DNA of 42,338 bases from Malassezia furfur (Eukaryota), in assembly GCA_052055015.1 (NCBI GenBank), contig JBQJIT010000001.1; one strand, written 5' to 3'. The notes under the pieces are model-generated. The model had not been told where the DNA came from. It saw only the letters and a list, made by a program, of their open reading frames with translations, and made no database searches. Below, one piece after another: positions 41,084-42,338 of the stretch. Made by a program: the position numbers and the translations under genes. Positions within the stretch are counted from its first letter, which is position 1. Each line of letters opens with the position of its first letter.

Positions 41084-41821
41084 CTACCCGAGGAACTTGG
41101 TGGCCACCGTCGAGCTGATCAGTGGCTCCACGGAGTGCGGCGTGGCTCGTGCGTAATCGTAGGCATCCTGCAGCTTGTACACCTTGGATAACGCCTTCCA
41201 GTCGAGCGCTGGTTCGGCGAGTGACAGATGCGCGAGCGAGCGGTCTGCGGAGTCGGCACCCGCGGCGGCGTCCGCATCCTGCGCGGCGCTACGTGCCGCA
41301 TCGCCCGGCAGCGCCAGGCCGCCGGTGCACAACTCGCCGTCGACGAGCGCGTCCATCGCTGCGACCACCTCGACGGGATCCGGCCCTTGTGGTGGTGCGC
41401 GTGCGACGTGAACAAGTACCAATGTCTCGGTGGACGCTGAAACGCCAAAGCGGCGCAGGGCGTCGGCGATCTGGGGTCAGCCAGCGGCGGGGCGTACATT
41501 GTTGTTCGGGTTGAGCGCCCAGAGGACTTCGGAATGGATTGAGGGTGTTTTAAACCCCATCTTTGCACCGTTGCGCACACGTTCCGATGCGACGATCGCC
41601 TCGACAACGGCGGTGAGCAGCTGCGCGCGCGACACGAGGAGGCGCGCGTCGACGAACGCATAATCCATGCGCCGACGCTCGTCCGAATTTTCCGGCGACT
41701 TGGATGCGGCAATGAGCGCATCCTTGAGTGCTGCACCGTTGCGTACGTGCGCGAACTGCGCGACGTACACGCGCTCGTACGCGCCGTGCGCCCAGGCGGC
41801 CGGCAGGCGCACCGTTTCCAT
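41084..41821 (-). CDS. CGI121: KEOPS/EKC subunit Cgi121
   Basis: YAFVDARLLVS, KTPSIHSEVLWALNPNNNIADALRRFGVS (27-nt intron 41471-41497), DWKALSKVYKL, VATK. Confidence 0.9.
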
Positions 41822-41950
41822 CGTCGCGAGACTTCCACGTGACCTTTCCCCGTTTCGTCGGTCGATCGTTGGCGTACGCGCGCGCCGGAGCGAAGCGCAT
41901 CCAAAGTACCTACGCTAGGGCCGACTGCGTGGATCGGGTGGACGAGTGCC

Positions 41951-42338
41951 ATGGGATCTGTGCCGCCTCCTGGGCCGGGCCGAACGCCCAGCCCAGCGAC
42001 ACCGCGGCCTCCAGAGAGCGCGGGCGCGCCGCATGCGCGCGCCGACGGTGCGTATACCCCGCGGCCGGCGCAGTACAACAGCCCGGTGGTGACGGTGAAC
42101 CGGAGCGTGACAGGTGCCACACCCACGGCGACGCGCCCGCCGTTTGTCGTTGCGCCGCGCATCGCGTCGCCCGCGTTGCCCGCCCCGCCGCCGCCGTTCA
42201 TCGTGTCGAATTCGCTGGCGCTCGCTGCGGGTCTCCCGCCGCGCCGCGCCGGCGCCGCACACCGCAGCGCGCGGGAGCTGCGCACCGCCCTCGGTGTTGA
42301 CGTATGTCGTGCTCTTTTCCGTGTAGGCCAAGCCAGGC
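41951..42338 (+). CDS. 5' end of a Pro/Ala-rich protein (runs off the right edge)
   Basis: GCCATGG start, stop-free to the window end, divergent from CGI121 with CACGTGAC at 41836; possible intron 42302-42326. Confidence 0.45.
   Translation, partial: MGSVPPPGPGRTPSPATPRPPESAGAPHARADGAYTPRPAQYNSPVVTVNRSVTGATPTATRPPFVVAPRIASPALPAPPPPFIVSNSLALAAGLPPRRAGAAHRSARELRTALGVDVCRALFRVGQAR

Noticed and set aside
693..41497. Apparent frameshifts and premature stops suggesting pseudogenes or sequencing errors
   Set aside because: Each break is bracketed by a GT donor, branch motif and AG whose removal restores the conserved protein.
1..42338. Bacterial origin or operon structure suggested by high GC and gene density
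   Set aside because: The genes are eukaryote-specific (GDI1, SEC28, VTI1, UBC1, SLC25 carrier) and contain spliceosomal introns.

Overview
This is eukaryotic fungal DNA, not bacterial. It is a GC-rich, extremely gene-dense segment whose gene set and tiny GT-AG introns fit a Malassezia-like basidiomycete yeast (inference). I resolved about 34 protein-coding genes, two cut by the window edges. Most are housekeeping: cyclophilin B, ALDH, MRPL22, FAP7/AK6, GDI1, CCP1, COP-epsilon, a mitochondrial carrier, SAM35, a SKI8-like WD40, COX23, the 5-oxoprolinase N-half, cytidine deaminase, the SPT small subunit, uL24m, NAD(P)HX dehydratase, a PCS60-like ligase, UBC1, a PAF-acetylhydrolase, FYV4, CreC, VTI1, a PDK/BCKDK kinase, SHR3, an HMT1-type ABC transporter, a CitE-like lyase, MED9, APT1 and CGI121. 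I spliced 49 introns by hand; they are 21-43 nt (median 24), and six are in-frame and stop-free. Other notable points: a 5-oxoprolinase that stops after its N-terminal half, one stop codon before an in-frame cytidine deaminase; a bacterial GbsA-like ALDH with an added mitochondrial leader and a PTS1-type tail; a PB1-like plus catalytically dead retropepsin protein; an acyl-CoA ligase only 14 nt upstream of UBC1, where intron retention gives an in-frame fusion; a MULE/FAR1-type zinc-finger gene; and a CACGTG E-box in eight tiny promoters. I saw no tRNA, rRNA, CRISPR array or intact mobile element. All family assignments are from recall of motifs; no searches were run.
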